Of a stretch of DNA of 64,000 bases, positions 1 to 12,156 are shown one piece after another. Source of the DNA: Eledone cirrhosa (lineage: Eukaryota); contig OZ024758.1 of assembly GCA_964016885.1 (NCBI GenBank), positions 31,992,001 through 32,056,000 of the forward strand, written 5' to 3'. The stretch's first letter is position 1; every line of letters begins with the position of its first letter. Below the pieces are notes generated by a model. That model searched no databases. It saw nothing but the letters and a program-made list of their open reading frames with translations, and was not told the origin of the DNA. Position numbers and translations under genes: made by a program.

Positions 1-1253
1 AGAGTTGTCTTGCTCGCATAGGACTGTCTGGCGGGTTTTCTACAGCTGGATGCCCTTCCTAACACCAACCACATTTACAGTGTGGGGCTGGGAGGTTTTT
101 ACCGTGTTGCCTACACGGCCACATTTACAGCGTGGACTGTGTGTTTTTTGTCGTGACACCTACACGATCTCATTTGTTTCGGCCTGGATGTTGTGGGACC
201 AACATAACTTTACATTGAAAGGGGCGGTGTGGAGGTGGTGGGACGGGGGTGTGTTTTGATAGAGATGCCTACTGACTGTAGTAGGTTTTTACTTTGTATT
301 TAGGTAAGGCGGGTCTTCTCTGTTACTGAGTACCGCCAAAGGTCTCGGTCCAGTGACATTGTCTTGGAGAGGTGTAAGCGTGTGAGGTCGGAATTTATCA
401 GCTCGTCCCATGTTTTTCTGGGTCTGCCTACTCCGTGGCTACCGTCTATCTTTATTGCCCTGCACTTTGTTATACAGCCGTCGTCTTTCATGCGCATCAC
501 GTGACCATACCAACGTAGCCTTCTCTCGAGTAAACAACATCTGATCCCTATTATTTCTAATTTTTTTTTCCTTAGTTCGTTTATGCTTTGCCGTTCACGT
601 ATATTACTATTGCACATCCAGCGGAGCATGCAAGCTTCGTTCCTCTCTAGTCTGCGTATATCCTCTGCACACAATGCCCAGGTCTCACTGCCATGCAGCA
701 TTGCTGTTCGTATGCAGGCATCGTATAACCTGCCTTTCATTTTTAGGGAGAACCCTCTAGCGGCTAATAGTGGTATAAGCTCTCTGAACTTTTTCCATCC
801 AGTTCTGACTCCAGCTACTGTACTTTCAGAGCACCCTCCCCCACTGCTGATTTTGTCACCCAGGTAACGGAAGCTGTCCACTATTTCTATAGAACCCTCT
901 GCGCAGTTGAAGGAGCTAGTATTTTGTGGGCACTTGCTGCTACTTATTGCACCAGAGCACCGGCCACATGTAAAATCTATGTTCTTAGTTAGCTTACCTG
1001 TGATCCCACTACATCTTTTATGCACCCATACTTTGCATTTGGGACATAAAATGGAGTTTCTACCTACGCCTTTCCTACACACTGAGCATGGCCATTTCCC
1101 AGATGGGACTGCCGCCATATTTTCTTTCCTACAAACTAGAACTTTAGTCTTAGCCAGGTTAATTTTAAGGCCTTTTGATTCTAGGCCGTGCTTCCATGTT
1201 TGGAATTTCTTCTCTAGTTCGGTCATTGATTCAGCTATGAGCGTTAGATCATC
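1..1253 (-). mobile_element. 5'-truncated RTE-clade LINE: RT C-terminal half with embedded PHD-like finger, plus 3' UTR
   Basis: ORF 300-1292 has DDLTL...KINLAKTKV...FRYLG...HGSETW...RRLRWYGHV...GRPRKTW (RTE RT/thumb motifs). It is cut at the YADD motif by a (TA)n tract and is near-identical to 58195-59440 on the + strand. Confidence 0.93.
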
Positions 1254-1304
1254 ATATATATATATATATAAATATATATATAACTCATGCAAGCATTTAA
1301 AAAC

Positions 1305-1466
1305 ATTCTGAGTTCAAATCCCACTGAGGTTAGTTAGCTTTACTTTTCTTCCTTATGGGGTCGATAAATAAAGCACCAGTAATGTACTAGGGTTAATTTA
1401 ATCAACTTTCCCTTTCCCCAAAAATCGTTGGCCTTGTGCCTAAATCAGAAACAATTATTATTATTA
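1305..1466 (+). mobile_element. Partial tRNA-derived Nin-domain SINE
   Basis: B box GAGTTCAAATCC, Nin-like core GGGGTCGATAAATAAAGCACCAG, (TTA)n tail. Confidence 0.75.
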
Positions 1467-1709
1467 TCTTTTTTTGGGGGGAAGTTAACAATCTTCACCA
1501 TATCACTAAAAGTACACATACATTGCTATCTGAACAGTTACATTCATGCAATTCCTCTTCTCTCATCTCAAACTGTGTTTCTATTTTCTGTGTGTATCAG
1601 CTATTATAAGCAACCATCTTTAATAATCTTTTATTAGTGGTTTATAGTGCTAATGGTTTTCATTGAAGACGAACACACACTTTGTCCTTTTATGCAATTC
1701 TTTTTAATA

Positions 1710-1900
1710 TATGAGGGTAGGCTGAAAAGTTCATAGGCTGACTATGAAAGATTGATGCTAGAGCTGTGAAATTTTGTATGCATTAATTTCAACTCTTCTT
1801 ATTAATAACAGCATTGTTTCTTTCCAGAAATTATGTTGAAAAATAAACCTTATTTGATCATTCCATGAAAGTGTCTTGGTCAGCCCATGAACTTTTCTCT
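1710..1900. mobile_element. Tc1/mariner-type MITE remnant
   Basis: GAAAAGTTCATAGGCTGAC near the left end is inverted as GTCAGCCCATGAACTTTTC near 1880-1898. Left end starts at TA. Confidence 0.55.
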
Positions 1901-2229
1901 TGTATATGATATGAAAAAAATATGAAAAACAGTAATAAGGCATGATTTTACTACAACCTCATCATTATTGTGTTTTATATCTGTTTACCAATAATAGTTA
2001 TTGTTGTTAATGTTTAGCATTAGGTGAAACCTGATTCAGCTGACCTATTATTGAAGGCATTCCAGCAGTAACCGTCCTGTTTTTATGCACTATCTAATGT
2101 GTTCTTCATTTACTATCCCTTTCATTAACATATTTCTAATGAAATATGTTGTATTTGAATTAATCAATGAAGAATTTAGAGAGAGATTGACTAATTATTT
2201 TGTTATAAAGATAGTATTTGTAACATACA

Positions 2230-2350
2230 TTGGAACGTTAGCTGCCCGTCTGAGGAAGAAGTCCCGCGAGGTTGGGTGGCTGTTACAGTGAGTGTCACTG
2301 TCCGCGGAAAGGCCTTTGCAGGTTTGTCCGCGGGGCACAGCCCTAACACC
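2230..2350 (+). mobile_element. REL-endonuclease (CRE/NeSL-like) LINE C-terminal fragment
   Basis: LAARLRKKSREVGWLLQ matches the motif in 16706-16888. An inverted related copy lies at about 8290-8470. Confidence 0.55.
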
Positions 2351-2793
2351 GCCCTGCCCTAGGCCCAGAGCCCACCACCCTTCCCCCTTCCTCCTCCCTT
2401 TCTTCTGTGGTCCAACTGTTCTTGCTTTTCCCCTCCTTTTCCTCTCATTTATGGCATTTATAGTCCTTTCCTCTACTTGGCCATACAGCCAGATCTGCCC
2501 TTCTTTACCCCTTCCCCCTTTTTCTCATTGCTTAATTTTGTTTTTATCTTTCTTTTTCATATTTCCATCATTGTAGAACTTTTTTATTTGTAATGTTATC
2601 ACAGGAGATATTTCAATAATCACAAAAATTACTATTTACAAGTTCTCTTTTCAAGTTGTCAATGCAGATCTTTGCCAGTTATCATGGTTTCCAGACTTTA
2701 CACTTTAAATATATTTCAATGCCTTCTTTCTCAGCATTCTCATGGTGCTAAGAAACAGACTTTTAAAAGAAATATCAAGCATTAGCATTATCA

Positions 2794-2838
<45 letters not shown>

Positions 2839-3457
2839 TTTGTGTGCGTGCGTGTGTGTGTGCATGTATATGTCCTTGTATTTATTTGGAAGAAGCTATG
2901 TAGCTGGTCCGGTAAAATAGACTCCCAGGCTATGTAGTCAGTAAGAGTGTCAGACACCAAGAGTTGCAGCCATATAAGGTCTGAGTTAAGACAATTTGAA
3001 ATCTTTTCAGATCTTTTCAGTGGCAGCCAAACTGAAAAGATCTTTTCCACCACCAATTGTTAAAAAACAAGTTAAAATCATTTAGTCGTCCATTGGTAAC
3101 CTACGTTACACTTTAGTAGCATACACACACATATATACATAAATACACACACATATATACATAAATACACACACATATATATACATAAATACATGAACAG
3201 ATACAGACAACAGAAGTGGAAACCCATATACACACACACACATCTACTCATACATATTCATAAATAGACACATGATACAAAATAATTATTACATACACAC
3301 ACATCTATGAATGATTGAGGAAGGAAGGGGCCGGTGAAACACTATAGCTATATGTGTGTTGCGTCCCTTTAGGGTTTACTGACTATATAGCCAATTCATA
3401 TTTATTTTGCTGTAGTGATGCCCACTTAGTAACAAATTCCAGCTTTACTAAAAAGTT

Positions 3458-3611
3458 GGTTGGCTTCCAGCAGAGTTACGTCCCTTTACGATCTGAGTTC
3501 AAATCCCGCCGAGGTTGACTTTGCCTTTCATCCTTACGGGGTCGATAAAATAAAGTACCAGTAATGCACTGGGTAATTGCTGGCCTTGTGTCTAAAGTAG
3601 AAACAATTATT
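3458..3611 (+). mobile_element. Nin-domain SINE
   Basis: GAGTTCAAATCCCGCCGAGG...GCCTTTCATCCTTACGGGGTCGATAAAATAAAGTACCAG. Confidence 0.8.
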
Positions 3612-3689
3612 TTCAAATAGCTCAAATGAAAATAAGTAACATTATACACAAATTGTAACCATACACAAATATCCTGAAATATCGTAATC

Positions 3690-4060
3690 TGTTGGCTAAC
3701 TACATTTTCCAGCCTGTGGTGTTCGAGACATTTGGGGAAGTCGTGCTGCTAACTGTTCTTGTCTTCACTGGCAGCTCGTCTAACCGAGGTAACTGGTGAT
3801 GCTCGTGAGGGCGCTTCGCTGTTACAGTACATCAGCCTCACTACCACCCGAGGTAATGCCGCGAGAGTGCTGGCTTGCCTCAAAAATTATTAGAGAGGTT
3901 TCCCAGTGCTCCTCGCAATATTGTTATCTTTTGCTCTGGCACTGGTTCGTTTGTCCACATCTTTCGCCTGCCTTTTGTTGTATGTGGTCCTAGATGTGCA
4001 TATTACCTGCTTGTGTATGTGTGTGTTTTCTTTTTTCCTTTCCCTTTTCTTTCTCTTTCT
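3690..4060 (+). mobile_element. REL-endonuclease LINE 3' fragment
   Basis: YIFQPVVFETFG-like coding followed by the same 3' UTR as 7690-8040 (minus) and 9370-9470. Confidence 0.65.
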
Positions 4061-4204
4061 ATTTGTAATATTATGTTGATAGCTATGCTTTAATAAAATT
4101 ATATAATACTGGTGAACACTAACTACTTCCTTGGATTTACTCTGAGTTTTAACAATGGAAGGATAAAAGTGATACAATCGAGGTTGTAAATATTTTCATT
4201 ACAG

Positions 4205-4291
4205 AGGACTTCTGATTTATCAAATTTCATTATCAAATATTATCCTTCTCTGAATGCAAACGTATATACCGAAGGTGTGGATATTTTTGAG
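4205..4291 (+). CDS. Candidate isolated internal exon (RTSDLSNFIIKYYPSLNANVYTEGVDIFE)
   Basis: Acceptor ttttcattacag, 87-nt open frame in phase 0/0, donor GAG|gtaata, non-repeat context. No homology recognised. Confidence 0.3.
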
Positions 4292-4397
4292 GTAATACAA
4301 CACACTCAAATTTAATCTTTTACATTCAATAATTAAAGTATTTAAAGAAAGTATTTTTCTTTTACTTCGTTTTTGTATTTGTTTAGCAAGATACTTG

Positions 4398-4648
4398 ATG
4401 TTGAAACAGATACCTTGGTAGGGTCACGCTGCCATTGTATGTTGAAACAGATACCTTGGTAGGGTCACGCTGCCATTGTATGTTGAAACAGATACCTTGG
4501 TAGGGTCACGCTGCCATTGTATGTTGAAACAGATACCTTGGTAGGGTCACGCTGCCATTGTATGTTGAAACAGATACTATACCTTGGTAGGGTCACGCTG
4601 CCATTGTATGTTGAAACAGATACTATACCTTGGTAGGGTCACGCTGCC
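4398..4648 (+). repeat. 41-bp minisatellite, 6 units
   Basis: Unit ATGTTGAAACAGATACCTTGGTAGGGTCACGCTGCCATTGT repeated head-to-tail. The last two units carry a 5-bp duplication. Confidence 0.95.
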
Positions 4649-5169
4649 AATAAAAACACATGCACTTGTTCAGTTTCATTTCGGTTAATGATTAGTTGAG
4701 TAACTAATCCATTCATCGATTAGTTTAGTAAGCAGGTGGTTGTTTTATTGTATATATAAAGGGTGGTCACCAAACTGACAACAACGGGCATGCATGCAGA
4801 CAAGCATACATATCTACCTAGTTGATGTTTAAATTCCAATGAGAGAGGCTTGTCTATGTTAGAAACCAACTCTCTCTCTATTGGTAAAAATTTATAAAAT
4901 TATAAAACTAGAATAACATACATACAAACACATGCATGAGGATTGCAGCGTCTTCACAGATGATTACCATCTCTTATTGATTCTTCATTGTCATCCCACC
5001 CACCTCCATGACTTTGTAGGTCAGCTGCAGATCTGCATGGTTTACAACACAGGTGACAGAAGAGAGTTATTCTTACCACAGGACTGGTGGGGGTCACCCT
5101 GTGGGACACAATCTTTATGTACCACCATGTGTATTTTTAGTCTGGAACTAGTCCTACACACTTTGTTGC

Positions 5170-7020
5170 ATATCACATTGTTTCACCAGGTCTTTGTTGA
5201 GTGGTGTTGCAAGTGGTTATCCTATCATGTAACTTCAGGTTACCAGCCTTTGAGAGGAGTACACACTGACAGAAATAGCATGTCCAACTACTGGTGACTT
5301 CATCAAGATTGTGAGCACAGCCCTTCCGGAGCTGATGCTTCAGTTGTTTATGTTCTTGACGACATTCCTCAAAGGTTTTGCAACTGCCCTTTATGTGCTT
5401 TCTCCACCCAGCCCTATTTAGAGCTATCTCCTCACAGTTGTCTATATCAAATGCCAGTTCTTTGAGATTGTTCTTGATGTTGTCCCTGAACCTCATTTTC
5501 GGTTTGTGTTGAGGCCTTTTTCCAAGATGGAGTTCACCGTAATCCTTGCTTCGGGATCCTGCTTTCTTTCATGCAGACAATATGTCCAGTCCAGTGCATT
5601 TGAGATGTTACTTGAGACTCAATGCTTGGACATTCTGCTTTGATGAGGACATGGATGTCAGGAGTTCTGTCTTGCCAATTGATGTTGAATATGCGACTTA
5701 AACATTTCTGGTGAAAGCGTTCAAGCAATACATACATGCATGCATGCATATACACATATATATACTCCACCCTGACTATACCTTCAGATTTATACCTGTG
5801 ATTATTGGGGCACTGGGATATGTTAGTAACTGACTCAGTACAAATCTTGAGAAGCTAGGCTTCACAGGAACAGAAAGAACACAACTAGTTAGGAAATTAC
5901 AAGTACAATCCATTAATGGAACAGGAAAAATATGTAAAAATTCCAAAAATTCTGCATCTAATAACTCCATGTATACATGTATGGATACAAAGAATATACA
6001 CATGCACACTTACAACTCAAAACATACACATCCACACATACAATAACATCCATACCTGCATATTTACCTAGATAATGTTGTGTATATTCCAATGAGAGTC
6101 TTGTATCTATGTTAGAAACTGACTCTCTCTCTCTCTATTTGTACATACATACATACACACATACATACATAAGGAGAATATTTATGCAGAACTGATGAGA
6201 AGCTAGGCTTCACAGGAACAGAAAGAACACAACTAGTTAGGAAACTACAAGTACAATCCATTAATGGAACAGTAAAAATATGTAAAACGTTCCAAAAATT
6301 TTGTATCTAATAACTGCTTATACACATGTACAGATACAAAGCATATACACATGCACACATACAACTCAAAACATACAGATCCACACATACAATAACATCC
6401 ATATCTACACATGCATGCATACATACATATCTACCTAGTTGATGTTGTGTAAATTCCAATAAGAGAGTCTTGTGTCTATGTTAGAAACCGACTCTCTCTC
6501 TATTGGTAAAACTTTGTGAAATTATAAAACCAGAAGAACATACATACATACATACATACATACATACATACATACATACATACATACATACATACATACA
6601 CACACACATACATACATACACACATACATACACACATAATACACACACACACACACACACATACATACATACATACCCAGGTCTTGGAGACATAAAGAAG
6701 AGAAGAGAGCACACATACCTTGTACACTTTTACCTTTATCTTCTTGCATATGTCACCTTTCTATCTTTAAGAAAGCATCACTTGCTTTCCTAATCCTGAG
6801 TGGAATTTCATAGTTGCTGTATCGATTGACAACGCTTCCCAGGTAAACGAACAGATCAACCATTCCAAGTTGTTTACCATACACATATATATTTGGTTCA
6901 CTGAACTGCTTACCAGGGGCAGGTTGGTACATGACGACGGTTTTCTTGAGACTGACATTCAATCCTAGGGTAGTGCAAGCATCAGAAAATGCATTCAAAA
7001 TGTGCTGCATATCACTCTCT
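5170..7020 (-). mobile_element. Interrupted, decayed RTE LINE (RT 3' part and C-terminal zinc finger)
   Basis: GLNVSLKKT...FVYLGS (6753-7010), LERFHQKCL...WTGHIVCM (5534-5770) and CYFCQCVLLSKAG (5173-5496). Split by (TACA)n and a duplication. Confidence 0.8.
5848..6540 (+). repeat. Imperfect direct duplication (about 5848-6140 and about 6197-6510)
   Basis: Both units start TGAGAAGCTAGGCTTCACAGGAACAGAAAGAACACAACTAG and stay colinear. Confidence 0.85.
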
Positions 7021-7046
7021 GTGTTATTATTATTATTATTATTGCC

Positions 7047-7180
7047 ATTCTGAGTTCAAATCCCGCCGAGGTTAACTTTGCCTTTCATCCTTACGGGGTC
7101 GATAAAATAAAGTACCAGTAATGCACTGGGTAATTGCTGGCCTTGTGCCAAAAGTAGAAACAATTATTATTATTATTATT
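7047..7180 (+). mobile_element. Nin-domain SINE (5'-truncated)
   Basis: B box, Nin core and (TTA)n tail, flanked by (TTA)n on both sides. Confidence 0.8.
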
Positions 7181-7689
7181 GTGATCTTTTTTTTTCTTCT
7201 ATTGAATGGCTGGCTGTAGCCTTAAAAAGCAACCAATTCAATGATGTTCCAAAACAGCATAAAAGAGATAATTGGGAATAAAGGCTCTGGAACCATACCA
7301 GTTGAAAGGGCCTGGTCTGGCAGGGGCCCCAGGGTATCACAGCCTGGGCCTGCCCATCATCGTGCCACTGTGATAGAACCAAACAAAACATTGAATATTG
7401 GCTTTTGGAACGTAGACACTGAATGAAGAACTGCTCTTGTTGCATATATACATTTTATTGAAAAATTCAAATCAGTTTTGAATAGCCAATGATATTGATT
7501 TGATTTGATCTTTAATAATTTAATGTATTCTGTAATTCTTATTAATTCTTGTATAAAAAGAAATATAATAATACAATGCTTACAGAATGAAAGAACAAAC
7601 AAATATAATATAAAGGAAAGGAAGAGGGGAAACAGAAAAAAAAAGGAAAGGAAAAGAAAGAGAAAAGGAAAATACAAAAACAAAACAAA

Positions 7690-8040
7690 AAACACAGAAG
7701 CGGTTAGCACACACATCTGGGACCACACACAACAAAAGGCAGGCGAAAAGGGTGGACAACCGAGCCGCTACCAGAGTAAAAGATAACAGTATCACGAGGA
7801 GCACTGGGAAACCTCTCTAAACATTTTTTAGGCAAACCAGCACACGCACAGCGTTATCTCGGTTGATGGCGAGGCTGATGCACTGGAACAACCAAGTTCC
7901 TTCACGAGCTTCACCAGTTATGTCTGTTAGGCGAGCCACCAGTGAAGATAGGAATCTTGCAGTCAGTAGCCAGACTCCCCCAAACGTCTCGAATATTACA
8001 GGCTGGAAAATGTAGTTGGCCAACCGATCACGGTATTTGA
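7690..8040 (-). mobile_element. REL-endonuclease LINE 3' fragment
   Basis: ORF 7817-8023: FETFGG...ARLTDITGEAREGTWLFQCISLAINRDNA. Confidence 0.75.
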
Positions 8041-9587
8041 GAGTATTTTATAGTAAAAATAACCTCACAAATTTTATGTCAACTCTATTTTACAAACAAA
8101 AGTTATACATTGATGCAAATATTAAAATAAATATAAAAACAAAAGTAACGAAAAAAGGGGTAAAGAATGGCAAATCTGGCTGTATAGGAAAGGACTATAA
8201 ATGTCATAAATAAGAAGAAAAGGAGGGAAAGAGCAAGGACTATAAGGTAATGGAAGAAAGAGAGGGGAAGGGGTGACAGACTCTACACCTGAGTTGGGCG
8301 GTGTTTCGACTGTGCCCCGCAGACAAAACTGCAAAGGTATTTCCGTGGACAATGGCCAGTGACACCCACTGCAGCAACCACCCCATCTCACAGGGCTCCT
8401 TCCTCAGACGCCTGAAGTCTCGATGGCGATCTGTGCAAAGAGGAAGCGGCTGGACAAGCCCCATGTTTGCTTATTGCTAGCAACCTTATAAATATAATTT
8501 ATAAGTGTTAATTGTCAAAGCTCTTTCACCACATACTCTAGTCAATTAACAAACAACCACGCAGTGGCTAAACCAACCGATGAATGGATTAGTTACTCAA
8601 CTAATCACTAACTGAAATGAAACTCAACTGGTGTGCGTGTTTTTATTGGCAGCATGACCTTCCAAAGAAGAGGTCTGTGGATCATTTGCTTCAGGGCCGC
8701 AAAGAAATAATTAACTTGTTTAAAATGATATAATAGATTGTAGCGAATAAGGGGTATTCTTTGTATGGTAGTTTGATGAAAAGAATAACGTAAAAGTTGT
8801 GTTGTATCTTACAGATACAATATGACAGGAAGAATAGGGTGTGTGTGCCTATTCTAAGAATACATTATTGTTGTAGTAGTAGTGGTTAATCTGTCAGGCA
8901 GGCATGGCTGGCTGTCTGGCTGTGTCTGTGGCTAAGAAGGTGACAACCAGTGAGGCCAGGAGAGAGATAGAGTGAAAGGTCTGCTACATTGTAAACCTTA
9001 ACACGGACTGCTTGCTTCGGTCTCTCTGGACTAGATTCCTTAGCTCCTAAAGTTAGAAGGATGTGTTTATGAGGTTGATTTATGATCAGCCATGTGGATA
9101 TCGTCTCCCAGGAAGCTGGGATCAGAGGTCAAGTGGTATGTACGTTTATCATCGTTGACAGGACGATGGTGGGAATTTCCTATAATGAGTGGTCTCAGAT
9201 GCGAGAAACCTCAGATTTGGTTCCAAAAATCTTCGCCGGTAAAATATAGGAGTATTCCGTTATGAGATAAATTGAATATTGGACTTTAATTTAAAAAGAT
9301 TTATATGAGAGTCAAAATATACATTTTTTCTTCTCTTTAATAAATCACTCTTTTTATCGAAATGCCCTTCAGTGCTCCTCAAGATATTGTTATCTTTTGC
9401 TCTGGTTATCCGCCCTTTTCACCTGCCTTTTGTTGTATGTGGTCCCAGATGTGTGTGCTAATCGCTTCCGTGTTTTTTTTCTTTTTTAACTAACAAATAG
9501 TTTTTTCTTTTCTCTTTCTTTTGTTTTCCCTTTGCCTTTCCTATGTATTATATTTGTTTGTGCTTTCGTTCTGTAAGTAGTGTATTT

Positions 9588-9780
9588 GGTGAATTGGCAG
9601 TATCGGTAGAGGGTCAGACGCCATGCTTTCTAGCAGAGTTATGTCCCTTCATGATCTGAGTTCAAATCCCACCAAGGTTAACTTTGCCTTTCATCCTTAC
9701 GGGGTCGATAAAATAAAGTACCAGTAATGTACTGGGTAATTGCTGGCCTTGTGCCAAAAAGTAGAAACAATTTTATTATA
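9588..9780 (+). mobile_element. Near full-length tRNA-derived Nin-domain SINE
   Basis: A box TGGCAGTATCGG, B box GAGTTCAAATCC, Nin core and AT tail. Another copy at 10121-10285. Confidence 0.85.
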
Positions 9781-10461
9781 TTTCTTTTTATACAAGTGTG
9801 AATAAAGTTTGATTATATATATATATATATATATGAATTCGTGTGACGAAACAAATATTGTTATACTTGGGGAGGGTCATATTGTTGTAATAATATTGCC
9901 AGAATTAATAACAGAACACACTCACTGTTTGGTTGGTTTTCGCTTCTGTATCTTTTATATCAGTTAATTCATTCGGTCCTAAATGTTTACTATTGACTGA
10001 CGAACGGTAAAAAATACAGATATAATGTAGATATAAACACATATATATATAATCTAACAAAGTTCTTTCGTTGCACATCTGCAACATCGTCAGTGGTGCA
10101 ATTATGTTCCTCCTGTTGTATGGACGCCATGCTTTGCAGTATAGAGTTACGGCTCTTTATGGTCTGAGTTCAAATCCCGCCGAGGTTAACTTTGCCTTTC
10201 ATCCTTACGGGGTCGATAAAATAAAGTACCAGTAATACACTGAGATAATTGCTGGCCTTGTGCCTAAAGTAGAAACAATTATTATATCTATATTATATCT
10301 CAATATATATATATATATATATATATATGCAGAAGTTATATTTAATTTGTTGGGATTCAACAAGCTTAAACGTTTTATAACTGATATAAAGCACTCAACA
10401 GTTTACTGGAGTAAATATTCAATATATTAATAAATGGAAACTATATTTATAAAACCATAAT

Positions 10462-10526
10462 TATTTTATTATATATATTTCAAGGGCAACCTAAGCAATT
10501 TTGGTGCGCTTTCATCAGATAAAATA
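10462..10526 (-). ncRNA. Minimal type I hammerhead ribozyme
   Basis: Minus strand reads TATTTTAT CTGATGA AAGCGCACC...GGTTGCCCTT GAA ATATATAT A ATAAAATA: 8-bp stem I, intact core, palindromic stem III, AUA cleavage triplet. Confidence 0.8.
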
Positions 10527-10598
10527 CAAATCCAGCGAACCTTCAACCGTCAAGGTTGTTTTTCTACGGGTATGTCAACATTTATAAAACATATTTTG

Positions 10599-10660
10599 TA
10601 TTTTATCTGATGAAAGCGCACCAAAATTGCCTTGGTTGCCCTTGAAATATATATAAAATA
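10599..10660 (+). ncRNA. Minimal type I hammerhead ribozyme (inverted twin)
   Basis: TATTTTAT CTGATGA AAGCGCACCAA..TTGGTTGCCCTT GAA ATATAT ATAAAATA. It is 3 nt shorter around the cleavage site than its twin. Confidence 0.65.
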
Positions 10661-10701
10661 ATTATGGTTTTATAAATATAGTTTCCATTTATTAATATAT
10701 T

Positions 10702-11440
10702 TATAACGGCGGCGAAGATTCGAAACCGAATCTGAGCTTTCCCGCCTCTGGGACAAGCCGTTGGAAGTTGTTTACGCTCAAGAGACTAACCCATTGGGAG
10801 AGGCTAAACACAGGTCAGAGGTGTTTACGCCTGACAGAAAATAGGTAAGAGGATATATCCATCTTTCTGAGTTGCTTACTCTTGGCAAACTAACCCCTTG
10901 GGAGACTCTAACCAAAGTTCAGAGGATATATCAATCCTTCTAACTCCAACCCTTATAAATACAGGAGTTGTTTAAGCCCCGGGAGAAAAGAAGTGATATA
11001 CAGACAAGATGTAAACAAGCTCAAGTCACGAAAAACCAGTCTGTCACTTATTTCTCACCTGCCTGGCTGATCGCTGACTCCTACTACTAAAACAAGCAAA
11101 TATACTGATACGGACATACGCATTCATAGTAAGTTCACACTGTTTGCATTTTCACACGCACCATTTCTGTTTATTCACGTTATATCTTTCAGATGCAGTA
11201 CAAATTATATTATAATCTTATTCTGAGATACTTGTATTTACGTGGTTCGAAGAGCCACCAAATTATTGTACGAATATTTCGTATTATTGATTTTATCATT
11301 CAATATTCAAATTGAATATTGTTATAATAAAATAAACATTGTAACAACACAATCCTGGTATTTTTCTTTACATCGAAACCACCATACCAACAGTTACATC
11401 CATCCACTTATCGTTACAACCACACAAATATTTCGTTACA
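10702..11440 (+). mobile_element. Solo LTR
   Basis: Termini TATAACG...CGTTACA (TG..CA with one change), 4-bp TSD TATT on both sides, TATAAAT near 10954 and AATAAA near 11331. Confidence 0.75.
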
Positions 11441-11573
11441 TATTGTATATATATATATATAACATATTGTTTAACTGTGGTTTTTTTAACTATTGAGCGC
11501 TTGCCAGCATTTCTACGATATTGCGTTTCGTTTCGCTTTTTCTACCAGCCGAAATACGATTCTCGCTGAATTA

Positions 11574-11620
<47 letters not shown>

Positions 11621-12156
11621 AAAACAAAAAAAAATTAAATAACGCATATTTCCGGTCGGCGGAAAGATTTTCCGGCATGAAGTCAGTCCGTGGTATAAAA
11701 AAGGTTGGAGACGACTGTTCCAAAGTATAAACAATATTTTTCTTTTTATAGCAACACGTTTATATTACACGTTGTTATTGTTATCCGAAAGTACTGCTGT
11801 ACTTCCGTATAACAGGCTACTTCCATTAAGTGGGCTGTAACTCCACAGCGCACTCACTTTTACTCTCTCTTCTAATTTCTCCACACCTTTACACATTCAA
11901 TCTGTCTATCTCTGAAAAAGTTTATACGATATATAAGTTCAGTTAGATCTCAGCATATTTACATGCCACGTATGTTACTTTTCTTTTCTGTTAATAATAT
12001 TCTATATGGATTCGTTGCATTCTACCCCCACCTAAAAATGGCATTCTTGTTTTCCTCGCTGGTCACTATTGATTTCGATACCAATACTCTGGGGTCGAGA
12101 TGGGGTGGAAATCGCCACCTCCTCCCTGGACATCACATAAATACAACACATCAACT

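Larger units (their letters stand above)
10421..10701. repeat. Fold-back inverted repeat (about 110-bp arms, about 60-bp spacer)
   Basis: 10421-10531 is the near-perfect reverse complement of 10593-10701. Confidence 0.95.

Noticed and set aside
4398-4648. CRISPR-like array
   Set aside because: Units are contiguous with no unique spacers, the context is eukaryotic, and there are no cas genes.
6192-6230. CTGATGA plus hairpin as a hammerhead; also partial motifs near 3316, 9998, 38535, 56688 and 61780
   Set aside because: Each lacks either a correctly placed GAAA or an intact CUGANGA and stem I.
9060-9238. Exon-like GC-richer segment
   Set aside because: Several open frames and candidate acceptors, and no recognisable protein.
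9588-9680. tRNA genes at A/B-box sequences
   Set aside because: They are SINE heads with no cloverleaf, and they continue into the Nin core and tail.
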